Assembly: GCA_046485285.1 (NCBI GenBank)
Contig: JAWOHE010000089.1
Coordinates: 43,432-107,431, forward strand
Direction of reading: 5' to 3'
DNA from: a bacterium
GTDB taxonomy: Bacteria > Hydrothermota > Tepidihabitantia > Tepidihabitantales > Tepidihabitantaceae
DNA: 64,000 bases
A model generated the notes under the pieces. That model worked only from the letters and a program-made list of their open reading frames with translations. It ran no database searches and was not told the origin of the DNA. Made by a program: the position numbers and the translations under genes. Below, in pieces: positions 55,918-64,000 of this stretch. Positions within the stretch are counted from its first letter, which is position 1; every line of letters begins with the position of its first letter.

Positions 55918-57315
55918 ATGAGAACGACTGTGTTCGCGGTCGGCCTGGGCCTGGCCCTGGCCGGGAACGCGGCGCTCGGGCAGTGGTCCGAGCCGGTGGT
56001 GCTGGGTGATTCCTGTTATGCCTGGGTAGGGGGACCGGCGTTGGTCGCGACCCGGGCGGATACGATCTGGGCAATATGGCGGGTGCGCCTTCCGGACTAC
56101 CACGACTACCTGACCGGCCGGAGATTCGCCGGCGACTCCTGGGCCGCGAGCGAACGGCTGACCCCTGATTCCAGTTGGTACCAGTATCCGGACGGGCTCC
56201 GAGACGAGCAAGGCAGGGTTCTGGTTGCGTACTACCGCGGCAGCTACCCGATATCAGGGCCGGTCGGCTTCGAGGACTGGGGTATCTACACCGTGACCCG
56301 GACCGATACCGGCTGGAGCGAGCCGGAACTGGCGCACGACGTGCGGGAGGAGTTTCCCTTCGGCATCCGGCTCGGCCGCGACCGGCAGGGCGGGGTCGCG
56401 ATGACCTGGGAGGAGGGTAGCGGCGGCATACCCCACACCGGCTCGGTGATGCTCAGCCGGCGGACCCCGGAGGGCTGGACGCCGCGGCGGCGTCTCGCCC
56501 AGGGGAATGTCGGCATCAGCTACGGTGGCGCCTCGCTGGTCCCGGGCGACAGCACGGACTTCTACCTTGCGTTCAGCGGCAGGCAGCGCGAGCCGCCCTA
56601 CGCCTGCAGCCTGCAGGTGTGGACCGCCGACGACACGCTCGTTGCCGGGCCGACGAGGTTCGGCGGCTCGGGCCTGCTCGCCCGCACCGGGGAGCGCCGC
56701 TACCTCGCGCTCAGGCAGGCAGACAGCCTGTTCGCCAGCGTGAACCGGGGGCAGGGCTGGGAACCGCCGGCGCTGGTGTCGGACGACGCTCGTGGCTACT
56801 ACTGGCTGGCGGCCGACAGCACCGGGTTCGCCTGGCTGGCCTGGACCGACAGCCTGGGCCAGGCCGTGCTGGCAAGCTACCACGCGGGGAACTTCTGGGC
56901 CCGGCCGGAGACGGTGGCGCTGGGCCAGGGGCTGAGCCATGTCCGGATCGCCGCGACCCCGGGTGGCAGGGCGCACTGCTGCTGGCTGGCCCCGAGCGGC
57001 GGGCTGTCGTCGGTCCACTGGGCGACGAGGCAGACGATGCCCGGGGTCGAGGACGCGGCGGGCGATGGACGAGGAAGGACGGGCTACGGTCCGACCATCG
57101 TGCGCGGGGCGCTGAGGCTCGACGCGAACTTGGGACACGATCCCGGTTCGGAGAACCGAAGCGGGTCATGTCCCGCGTTCCTGCTCGACGCCACCGGCCG
57201 GAGGGTGATGGAGCTCCAGCCGGGCGAGAACGACGTCCGGCATCTGAGCCCCGGGGTGTACTTCGTCCGGGGGCAGGATACCGGCGAGTCGGCAAGGCTG
57301 GTGCTGTTGCGGTAG
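55918..57315 (+). CDS. Secreted propeller-like protein with sorting CTD
   Basis: GGAGG RBS, signal peptide, W..P repeats, CTD. Confidence 0.8.
   Translation: MRTTVFAVGLGLALAGNAALGQWSEPVVLGDSCYAWVGGPALVATRADTIWAIWRVRLPDYHDYLTGRRFAGDSWAASERLTPDSSWYQYPDGLRDEQGRVLVAYYRGSYPISGPVGFEDWGIYTVTRTDTGWSEPELAHDVREEFPFGIRLGRDRQGGVAMTWEEGSGGIPHTGSVMLSRRTPEGWTPRRRLAQGNVGISYGGASLVPGDSTDFYLAFSGRQREPPYACSLQVWTADDTLVAGPTRFGGSGLLARTGERRYLALRQADSLFASVNRGQGWEPPALVSDDARGYYWLAADSTGFAWLAWTDSLGQAVLASYHAGNFWARPETVALGQGLSHVRIAATPGGRAHCCWLAPSGGLSSVHWATRQTMPGVEDAAGDGRGRTGYGPTIVRGALRLDANLGHDPGSENRSGSCPAFLLDATGRRVMELQPGENDVRHLSPGVYFVRGQDTGESARLVLLR
57129..57177. repeat. Palindromic element in-frame within a CTD, copy 2
   Basis: Matches 47768-47816. 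Confidence 0.85.
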
Positions 57316-57336
57316 GGCGCAGACGGCGGGCGGGAG

Positions 57337-59082
57337 TTACTGGTCTTCTAGGATGCGGAACTCGGTGCGGCGGTTCTTCGCCATTCCCGCGGCGGTCGAG
57401 TTGTCGGCGATGGGCTGGGTGTCGGCGTAGCCGACCGCGGTGAGCCGCGCCGGCTCGATGGCGAACTTCTCGACGAGGTAGCGGCGGACCGCCTCGGCCC
57501 GGGCCTGGGACAGCTTCCAGTTGGACGGGAACTCGCGGGTGTTGATTTCGCGCGGGTCGGTGTGGCCGGCGAGCTCGACCCGGAGGCCGGGCGTGCGGGC
57601 GAGGATCGTGCCGGCCGAGTCGAGGACGGCGGTGAACTCGGGCCGGATGTCGGCCTTGCCGGTCTCGAAGTTGACGCCTTCGAGGACGATGGTCTGGCGC
57701 TTGCGGACGAGGTAGAAGTCGGCCGGGACGGTCGAGTCGGGCTCGACCCGGATGGCCGCGGCCTGGGGGACGTAGTCCTCGGACGGGCCGGAGATGCCGA
57801 GCCGGTACTCGCCGACGAGGAGGCGGCGGATGCGGAAGCGGCCGTCGGCCGCGCCGACGCGCTGGTCGCCGGCGGCCGGGCCGCGGTAGACGATGGTGCC
57901 GCCGATGGGTTCCTTCGTCCCGGCGTCGTAGATGCCGCCGGCGATGTCGCCGTAGCGCAGGGGCTGGAGCAGGAGCTCGGCGCGGGTCTCGCGGCCGGCG
58001 ACGATCGCGAAGCTGTCGGACGCGGGCAGGTAGCCGCTCGCGGTCGCGCGGACGACGAGCCGGCCGGGCGCTAGCCGGTCGCGGCGGAGGGCGTCGGCGG
58101 TGAGGGTCGTGTCGAGCGGGCCGGATAGCGCGAGCCCGGCCCGGACCGGCAGGCGGGTGCGGGCGTCGAGGACCGCGAGCGCGATGCCGCCGTCGGCGGG
58201 CGGGGCGGGCTTCTCGAGTGCGAGGTTGAGCCCGACCCGGTGGACGAGGCCGAGCTCGCCGTAGGGCGCGAGCGCGTAGTCGAAGCCGAAGCCGCGGACG
58301 CTGACGCCGAGCCCGGCGGTGAGCCCGGCGAGCGGGCCGAGGCCGGTCAGGCTGGCCGGGCCGGTGCGGTAGCCGGCGCGGAGCGCGAGTTCGGGGAGCG
58401 GCGCGTATTCGAGGCCGGCCCGGACCGCGGGCGGGTTGTCGAAGGGCACGACGAGGTCGAGGACCGCGGTCAGGCCGTGGCCGCGCCAGCTCGCGCCGGC
58501 GGCGACCTCGCCGGGCAGGGGCTCGGCGCGGCCGTAGCTCAAGAGGCCGAGGTGGCGGGCGGAGAGCCCGACCGAGAGGTCGGGCCGGAGCGCGGCGAGC
58601 GCGCCGAGGTCGAGCGCGGCCCCGGAGCCGGCGGCCTCGAAGAGGTCGGAGTAGATGCCCTTGAGCGCGGCGCCGGCGGCGAGCCGCTCGCCGAGCGCGA
58701 GGCCATAGCCGAGGCTGACCGCGCCGTGCCAGGTGCGGAAGACCTCGCCGGGCCGGTTCGCTTCGTCCCAGTACTCGATGCCGGGCTCGCCCGAGTAGAC
58801 GAGCGCGGCGCCGACCCGGCCCGGACCGACGGGCAGGGCGCCGTGGAGGACTTCGTCGGTGATGCCGGCGAACCACTGGTGGTGGCTGAGCCCGAGGCGG
58901 TAGTCGCCGCCGAGCGCGAGGCCGGCCGGGTTCCAGTAGATTGCGCTCGCGTCGTCGGCGAGGCCGGTGAACGCCTCGCCGAGCGCGGCGGCACGCGGGC
59001 CCTGGCCGATCTTGAGGAGCGGGAGCGTCGCGGTGCCGGTCGGGTCCGCGGCGAGGAGGCAGAGGGCGAGCGCGATGGTCAC
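57337..59082 (-). CDS. PorV/PorQ-family barrel fused to Ig-like and OmpA C-terminal domains
   Basis: LKIGQGPRAAALGEAFTGLADDASAIYWNPAGL, DYA..PYGELG.VHR; VNFETGKA, GHTD, NWKLSQARA, NRRTEF. Confidence 0.87.
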   Translation of the reverse strand: MTIALALCLLAADPTGTATLPLLKIGQGPRAAALGEAFTGLADDASAIYWNPAGLALGGDYRLGLSHHQWFAGITDEVLHGALPVGPGRVGAALVYSGEPGIEYWDEANRPGEVFRTWHGAVSLGYGLALGERLAAGAALKGIYSDLFEAAGSGAALDLGALAALRPDLSVGLSARHLGLLSYGRAEPLPGEVAAGASWRGHGLTAVLDLVVPFDNPPAVRAGLEYAPLPELALRAGYRTGPASLTGLGPLAGLTAGLGVSVRGFGFDYALAPYGELGLVHRVGLNLALEKPAPPADGGIALAVLDARTRLPVRAGLALSGPLDTTLTADALRRDRLAPGRLVVRATASGYLPASDSFAIVAGRETRAELLLQPLRYGDIAGGIYDAGTKEPIGGTIVYRGPAAGDQRVGAADGRFRIRRLLVGEYRLGISGPSEDYVPQAAAIRVEPDSTVPADFYLVRKRQTIVLEGVNFETGKADIRPEFTAVLDSAGTILARTPGLRVELAGHTDPREINTREFPSNWKLSQARAEAVRRYLVEKFAIEPARLTAVGYADTQPIADNSTAAGMAKNRRTEFRILEDQ

Positions 59083-62000
59083 GGCTGGTCCCTGATGACG
59101 ACGAGCTTCTTGACGAGCGCAGTGGTGCCGCCCGGGCCGGTGAAGGTGAAGACCCAGGTGTAGGTGCCGGAGCCGACCGGGCGGCCGGCGTCGTTCTTCG
59201 CGTCCCAGTCGGCGGTGCGGACGCCGGCGGCGAACGGCCGTTCGTCGAGCAGGCGGCGGACGAGCTCGCCGGCGCGGGTGTAGATGCGCAGGCTGACGGT
59301 GCCATCGTCGGGCAGGCCGAAGATGAACCGGGTGGTCGAGCGGAGCGGGTTCGGGAAGTTGTGGACCGCGAGCTCGGGCAGGAGCAGGACCCGGAGCCGG
59401 GCGGTGTCGGCGAGCGCCTCGGCGCCGGCGCAGCGGCCGGCGACCGGGAAGAGGACCGGCAGGGAGTCGGTGATGCCGGCAAGGTCCGGGCCGGGCGTGG
59501 TGACGCGGAGGTTGAATTCGTAGTCGACGTAGGGCTGGAGCAGGCCGAGGGTGTCGCCGAGCGGGCGCGCGCCGGTGACGTCGAGCAGTTCCGCGGTCCA
59601 GCCGGCGGGCGCGGGCACCGGCGCGATGAGGACGGTGAGGGCGGTGTCGGAGGTGAGCCGGGCGCGGAAACGCCAGGTGCCGGACGCGCCGACACCGAGC
59701 CGGCCGCTGGTGTCCGGGTCGACCTCGAGCCGGTAGGGCTGGAGGACGTCGACCCAGGCGAGCGCGCTGTCGTTGTCCGGCCGCTCGTCGATCGCGAGCG
59801 CGGTCGAGCAGACGACCGCGTGCCGGCCGGCGACCGCGACCCAGTCCGGGAAGGCGAGCTCGCGGGTCGCGCCGGGCGCGAGCTCCTCGTTGATGACCTG
59901 GACCCGGTCGTAGCCGGCGCCGATGCGGAACCGGACGTCGAAGTAGCGCTCGGGCCGGTTGCCGAAGTTGCGGATGACCGCGCGTGGGGTGACCGTGTCG
60001 CGGGCGGCGAGCGCGCCGGCCGGGCCGAGGATGACGGTCGCGCCGACGTCGCGGACCGGGTAGGGCAGGACCTCGAGCGCGGCGCGGCAGGTGTCGTTGG
60101 CGCGGTCGCCGTCGCGGTCGAGCGCGGTCCAGGCGACGAGCGCGAGCGGGCCGACCGGCCCGGCGGTCCAGGCCGGGAAGTCGAGGGTGTCGGCCGCGCC
60201 GACTTCGAGGGTGTCGAACCGGGTCGCCAAGTAGCCGCCGGCGATGTCGAGGGTGGTCGGGAAGCCGGAGCGGTACGGCCCGAAGTTGCGGACGACGACC
60301 CGGGGCGTGATGACCGCGCCCGAGTCCGGCGTGCCGAGCGGGGCGAGTATCGCGGTCGCGCCGACGTCGGGCGGCGGCGGCCGCGTGCCCTCGAACCCGG
60401 CCGTGATGGTGTCGTTGGTGCGATCGTCGTCGACGGCGAGACTCGTGAAGGCGACCAGTGGTATCGTGCCGACCCGGTCAACGGTCCAGGCCGGGAAGGC
60501 GACGGTGTCGACCTGGCCAATGGCGAGCGATTCGGCGACGGTTTCGTCGTAGTCGCCGTCGATGCGGAGGGTGACCGGGAAGGAGGCCGCGAACGGCCCG
60601 AAGTTCGTCACCTCGACGAGCGGGGTGATGACCGAGCCGGAGTCGGCCGCGCCGGCGGGCGCGACGATGCGGGTCGGGCCGACGTCCGGGCCGGGCGGCC
60701 GGGTGACGATGAAGTCGGCCGCGAGGGTGTCGTTGCCGCGGTCGCCGTCTTCCTCGAGCGAGGTGAAGGCGAGGAGCGCGACGGTGTCGACGCGGTCGGC
60801 GGTCCAGTCCGGGAAGGCGACGGTGTCGACCTGGCCGATGGCGAGCGATTCGGCGACGGTCTCGGCGTAGTCGCCGCCGATGCGGAGCGTGACCGGGAAG
60901 GCGACCGCGAACGGGCCGAAGTTCGTCACCTCGACGAGCGGGGTGATGACCGAGCCGGAGTCGGCCGCGCCGGCGGGCGCGACGATGCGGGTCGGGCCGA
61001 CGTCGGGCCGGGGCGGGGCCGGCACCCGGACGGTGTCGGCGACGGTGTCGTTGGCCCGGTTCTCGTCGATGTCGAGGGCGGTGAAGCAGAGCGTCGCGAA
61101 CGCGCCGACCTCGAGCGCGGTCCAGTCCGGGAAGACGACTGTCGTGTCGGCGCCGGCCGGCAGGTTGACCGCGAGGCTCTCGGCGTAGCCGGGCGCGATG
61201 CGGAAGTGGACCGGGAAGGATTCGTCGCGGTTGCCGAAGTTGCGGACGAGCGCGGCGGGTGCGTGGACCGAGCCGGAGTCGACCGTGCCGACCGGCGCGA
61301 GGATGGCGAACGCGCCGACGTCGCGGACCGGCCAGGCCTCGTGCTCGATGCGGACCTCGTCGAGCCGGGGCAGGACACAGGGGTTCTCGTAGCTGAAGGC
61401 GCCGCGGTACTGGAGGAAGCGCGAGTCGAGCGTGTCCGGTATCGTGTCGCCGTTGGCGAGCGGGAGCCAGCCGGACCAGGTCGAGTCCGGGTCCGGGGTG
61501 TCGCCGGTCCGGAGCGCGAACGCGAAGCCGGTGCCGGCCGGGGTCGAGTCGTCCCAGCCCGCCCGGAGCCAGACCTGGCGCGCGCCGGCGTCGAAGACCG
61601 CCGAGAGGTAGTCCTCGCGGAAGCGGCGGTCGTAGCGGTTGCCGATTTCGGCGGCGGTGCCGTGGTGGCTCTTGACGCTGGGCAGGGTGTCGCGCGCGGT
61701 CCAGCCCGGGCCCCAGAGGACGATGCTCGGCTCGTCCGGGTTGTAGCTGTCGATGTAGACGTCGAGGGCGCCATCGCGGTTGAGGTCGGCGACGAGTCCG
61801 CCCGAGGCGTTGAAGGCGCTGTCGCCGACGGACTGGCGGCGGCTGTCGCTGAACCGGGGCAGGCTGTCCGGGCCGTTGAAGTAGACGACCGGCAGGAGCC
61901 AGGTGTCGCGGCTGTAGTTGCCGCTGAAGAAGAGAATGTCGAGCAGCGAGTCGCCGTTCCAGTCGACCGCGGCCGAGCCGCCGTAGCAGAGCCCGGGGTT

Positions 62001-62879
62001 AATCTCCTCGCGCCGGTCCGGGCTGAAGCCGTCCGGGCCGCCGTAGTAGACGAAGGCGGCGGTGCTGCGCTGGTAGTGGCTGAAGACGAGGTCGAGCCAG
62101 CCGTCGGAGTTGAAGTCGGCGGCGGTGACGCCGTGCGGGTTGGAGTCGTTGACCGGCAGCCAGACGGTCTCGCGCGGGGTGCGGTTCGGGCCCCAGTAGA
62201 CGACCGGGTTGAGGTTCCGGGTCCAGGGCACGCAGGCGATGTCGGGCCAGCCGTCGCGGTCGTAGTCGGCGATCTCGATGTTGTGGCCGATCGAGCCGTC
62301 GAGCGGGATCCGGGTCAGGTTGCCGCTCGAGTGGCCGGCGGGCGAGCCCCAGAAAATCTCGAGGCTCTGCGAGGTGTTGCCGACGACGATGTCGAGCCAG
62401 TTGTCCCGGTCGAGGTCCTGGATTGAGACCGCCTCGGCGCGGCCGGTGACGTCGAGCCAGGTCGTGTCGTCGGGCGAGGGGCCGGCCGGGCCGCCGCGGT
62501 AGATGACGACGGCGCCGGCCGACCAGCCGGAGTGAATCAGCTCGGGCCAGCCGTCGCCGTCGAGGTCGGCGCCGGCAACGCCGCCGCCGCCGGGCGCCGG
62601 GTAGCTGATGCAGCGGCTCGAGTCATAGCCGGTGGCGGAGCCGAAGTAGAGACGGACGAGGCCGAGCGTGTCGTCGGTGCAGACGAGGTCGATCCAGCCG
62701 TCGGCGTTGTAGTCGAAGCGGCTGACGAACTCGACCGCGCCGCCGCCGGTGGCCGAGGCGTAGAGGTTATCGGACGGCGTGCCGGCGGCGAAGTCCGGGC
62801 CGGTGGTCTGGACCCAGACCGCGGCCGGCGCGGCGAGCGCGCATAAAAGGGTCAGGGTGATGACCGGGCCGGAACGCAT
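59079..62879 (-). CDS. Large secreted FG-GAP repeat plus CARDB/Ig repeat protein with FlgD-like CTD
   Basis: D.N.DG..D repeats, DVG..I.AP..NFG..ND repeats, NFPNP..WD.KND. Confidence 0.88.
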   Translation of the reverse strand: MRSGPVITLTLLCALAAPAAVWVQTTGPDFAAGTPSDNLYASATGGGAVEFVSRFDYNADGWIDLVCTDDTLGLVRLYFGSATGYDSSRCISYPAPGGGGVAGADLDGDGWPELIHSGWSAGAVVIYRGGPAGPSPDDTTWLDVTGRAEAVSIQDLDRDNWLDIVVGNTSQSLEIFWGSPAGHSSGNLTRIPLDGSIGHNIEIADYDRDGWPDIACVPWTRNLNPVVYWGPNRTPRETVWLPVNDSNPHGVTAADFNSDGWLDLVFSHYQRSTAAFVYYGGPDGFSPDRREEINPGLCYGGSAAVDWNGDSLLDILFFSGNYSRDTWLLPVVYFNGPDSLPRFSDSRRQSVGDSAFNASGGLVADLNRDGALDVYIDSYNPDEPSIVLWGPGWTARDTLPSVKSHHGTAAEIGNRYDRRFREDYLSAVFDAGARQVWLRAGWDDSTPAGTGFAFALRTGDTPDPDSTWSGWLPLANGDTIPDTLDSRFLQYRGAFSYENPCVLPRLDEVRIEHEAWPVRDVGAFAILAPVGTVDSGSVHAPAALVRNFGNRDESFPVHFRIAPGYAESLAVNLPAGADTTVVFPDWTALEVGAFATLCFTALDIDENRANDTVADTVRVPAPPRPDVGPTRIVAPAGAADSGSVITPLVEVTNFGPFAVAFPVTLRIGGDYAETVAESLAIGQVDTVAFPDWTADRVDTVALLAFTSLEEDGDRGNDTLAADFIVTRPPGPDVGPTRIVAPAGAADSGSVITPLVEVTNFGPFAASFPVTLRIDGDYDETVAESLAIGQVDTVAFPAWTVDRVGTIPLVAFTSLAVDDDRTNDTITAGFEGTRPPPPDVGATAILAPLGTPDSGAVITPRVVVRNFGPYRSGFPTTLDIAGGYLATRFDTLEVGAADTLDFPAWTAGPVGPLALVAWTALDRDGDRANDTCRAALEVLPYPVRDVGATVILGPAGALAARDTVTPRAVIRNFGNRPERYFDVRFRIGAGYDRVQVINEELAPGATRELAFPDWVAVAGRHAVVCSTALAIDERPDNDSALAWVDVLQPYRLEVDPDTSGRLGVGASGTWRFRARLTSDTALTVLIAPVPAPAGWTAELLDVTGARPLGDTLGLLQPYVDYEFNLRVTTPGPDLAGITDSLPVLFPVAGRCAGAEALADTARLRVLLLPELAVHNFPNPLRSTTRFIFGLPDDGTVSLRIYTRAGELVRRLLDERPFAAGVRTADWDAKNDAGRPVGSGTYTWVFTFTGPGGTTALVKKLVVIRDQP

Positions 62880-62919
62880 CGGCCAATGCTAGCCGCAAAC
62901 CGGCCCGAGGCAAGCGCGG

Positions 62920-63663
62920 TCAGCGCGGCCGGGCCATCGCGCGGCGCTTCAGCGCGGGCGGCATCTTCTCGATCGCGTAGCGCAGGGCGGTCCGCGGCAT
63001 CCGGTGCCGGTTCCGCATCACGTAGTCGAAGACGAGCCCGCGCTCGCGGTTGGCGATTTCCTTGAGCATCCAGCCGTAGCCCTTCTGGACCATGTCGTCC
63101 GAGTCCTCGTGGAGGATGTCGGCGATCTCGAATGCTTCGTCGAGGTAGCGGCCCTGCCGGTTCGGGATGATGAGCGCGACCGCCGCGGCCCGGCGCTGCC
63201 AGCGGTTCCGCGACCGCGCCCAGCGCCCGAGGCGGGGCAGGAATTCCGGGAAGCGGAGCAGGAACCGGCCCAGCGGCCCGCAGCTCAGCGTGTCGCAGGC
63301 GGCCCAGTTCGAGACGTGGCGGACGAGCCAGCGCTCGAGCCGCGCGAAGTCGCGGGGCTCGAAGCGGTCGGCGAGCCGCTCGGCCCAGCCGAAGGCGATG
63401 CCGCGCTCCTCGAAGGTGCCGACCGCGGCCAGTTCGTCGCAGAGCGCGAGGATTTCCGACTTCGGCAGGTGCTTCAGCCGCGACCAGAACGCGCGGCTGA
63501 TGCGCCGGACGTCGGGCGTGCGGACGCCGTGCAGTTCGACCGGCTCGCGGAAGAAGCCCTGCACGCCCGCGCGGTACTTAGCGTCGGCGTGGCGGGCGAG
63601 CTCGCGCGACAGCTCGCGCACGAGCGGGCTCGGGGCTTTCGTCCGGCCGGAGGGCGGGCTCAC
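62920..63663 (-). CDS. DNA alkylation repair protein (AlkD-like HEAT repeat)
   Basis: GVRTP, NWAACD, W.RRAA, VQKGYGWMLKE, RTALRYAIEK. Confidence 0.88.
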   Translation of the reverse strand: MSPPSGRTKAPSPLVRELSRELARHADAKYRAGVQGFFREPVELHGVRTPDVRRISRAFWSRLKHLPKSEILALCDELAAVGTFEERGIAFGWAERLADRFEPRDFARLERWLVRHVSNWAACDTLSCGPLGRFLLRFPEFLPRLGRWARSRNRWQRRAAAVALIIPNRQGRYLDEAFEIADILHEDSDDMVQKGYGWMLKEIANRERGLVFDYVMRNRHRMPRTALRYAIEKMPPALKRRAMARPR

Positions 63664-63753
63664 GGCAGTATCGTAGCAGGAACCCCGGCGGGCCGCAAGC
63701 GCGGACGCCGCTTCGTCGGCCCGGGTCGGCGGTGGCTGCTTTGGTGGTCCCTG

Positions 63754-63969
63754 CTACGTGCCTGCCGGGAGCTTGACGCTGAAGACGTCGTAGCTGATCT
63801 TGCGCAGGAGATCGGGCGACAGGCCCCGGGCCACCCACTTGTCCCGGAGAATCGCCGCCTCGCCGACCGCGGCCGGGCCGCTGATCCGGTTGGTCAGCTT
63901 CCACAGTCTTGATCTGACAAAGCATATCAAGAAAATCATTAAAATTAACAGCGTCAACAAGACTGTCAC
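63754..63969 (-). CDS. Possible small membrane protein or gene fragment
   Basis: AT-rich hydrophobic 5' part joined to a GC-rich 3' part; frame uncertain at the window edge. Confidence 0.3.
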   Translation of the reverse strand: MTVLLTLLILMIFLICFVRSRLWKLTNRISGPAAVGEAAILRDKWVARGLSPDLLRKISYDVFSVKLPAGT

Positions 63970-64000
63970 CGTTCAGGCCGGCATTTACGGGCCCGCACTG

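Noticed and set aside
31649-62426. Very long alternative-frame or antisense ORFs (e.g. 31649-34759, 56711-60520, 59361-62426)
   Set aside because: Shadow ORFs of GC-rich genes, Arg/Pro/Gly-biased with no domain motifs.

Overview
High-GC bacterial window (standard code; TGA is normally a stop). It carries about 11 secreted proteins with T9SS/FlgD-like C-terminal sorting domains and a PorV-like barrel; my inference is a WOR-3-like candidate-phylum lineage. Housekeeping content includes an archaeal-type PheRS alpha/beta pair, a TldD-PmbA-LonC protease operon, a sigma54 activator and a P-type ATPase. A lower-GC defence islet at about 23.3-28.7 kb holds a GHKL-ATPase/nuclease, Shedu and a GIY-YIG chimera. 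Top observations: (1) Two adjacent in-frame ORFs (8469-9458) are separated by one TGA in a Cys-TGA-Gly-Asp-Asn-Cys motif, followed directly by a bacterial-SECIS-like hairpin, so this is a candidate secreted selenoprotein. (2) A full sigma54 promoter (UAS, IHF site, -24/-12 box) downstream of the activator gene points into a structured ~200-nt minus-strand RNA with anti-Shine-Dalgarno loops. (3) A repeated cassette-like architecture (12-aa Type IIG-tail mini-ORF, cargo gene, conserved repeat, 12-bp minisatellite) occurs three times. (4) A palindromic element is inserted in-frame into sorting domains. (5) Two lipoproteins look like thioester-domain proteins. (6) Leaderless promoters are common. 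All family calls come from motif recognition; no database searches were run.
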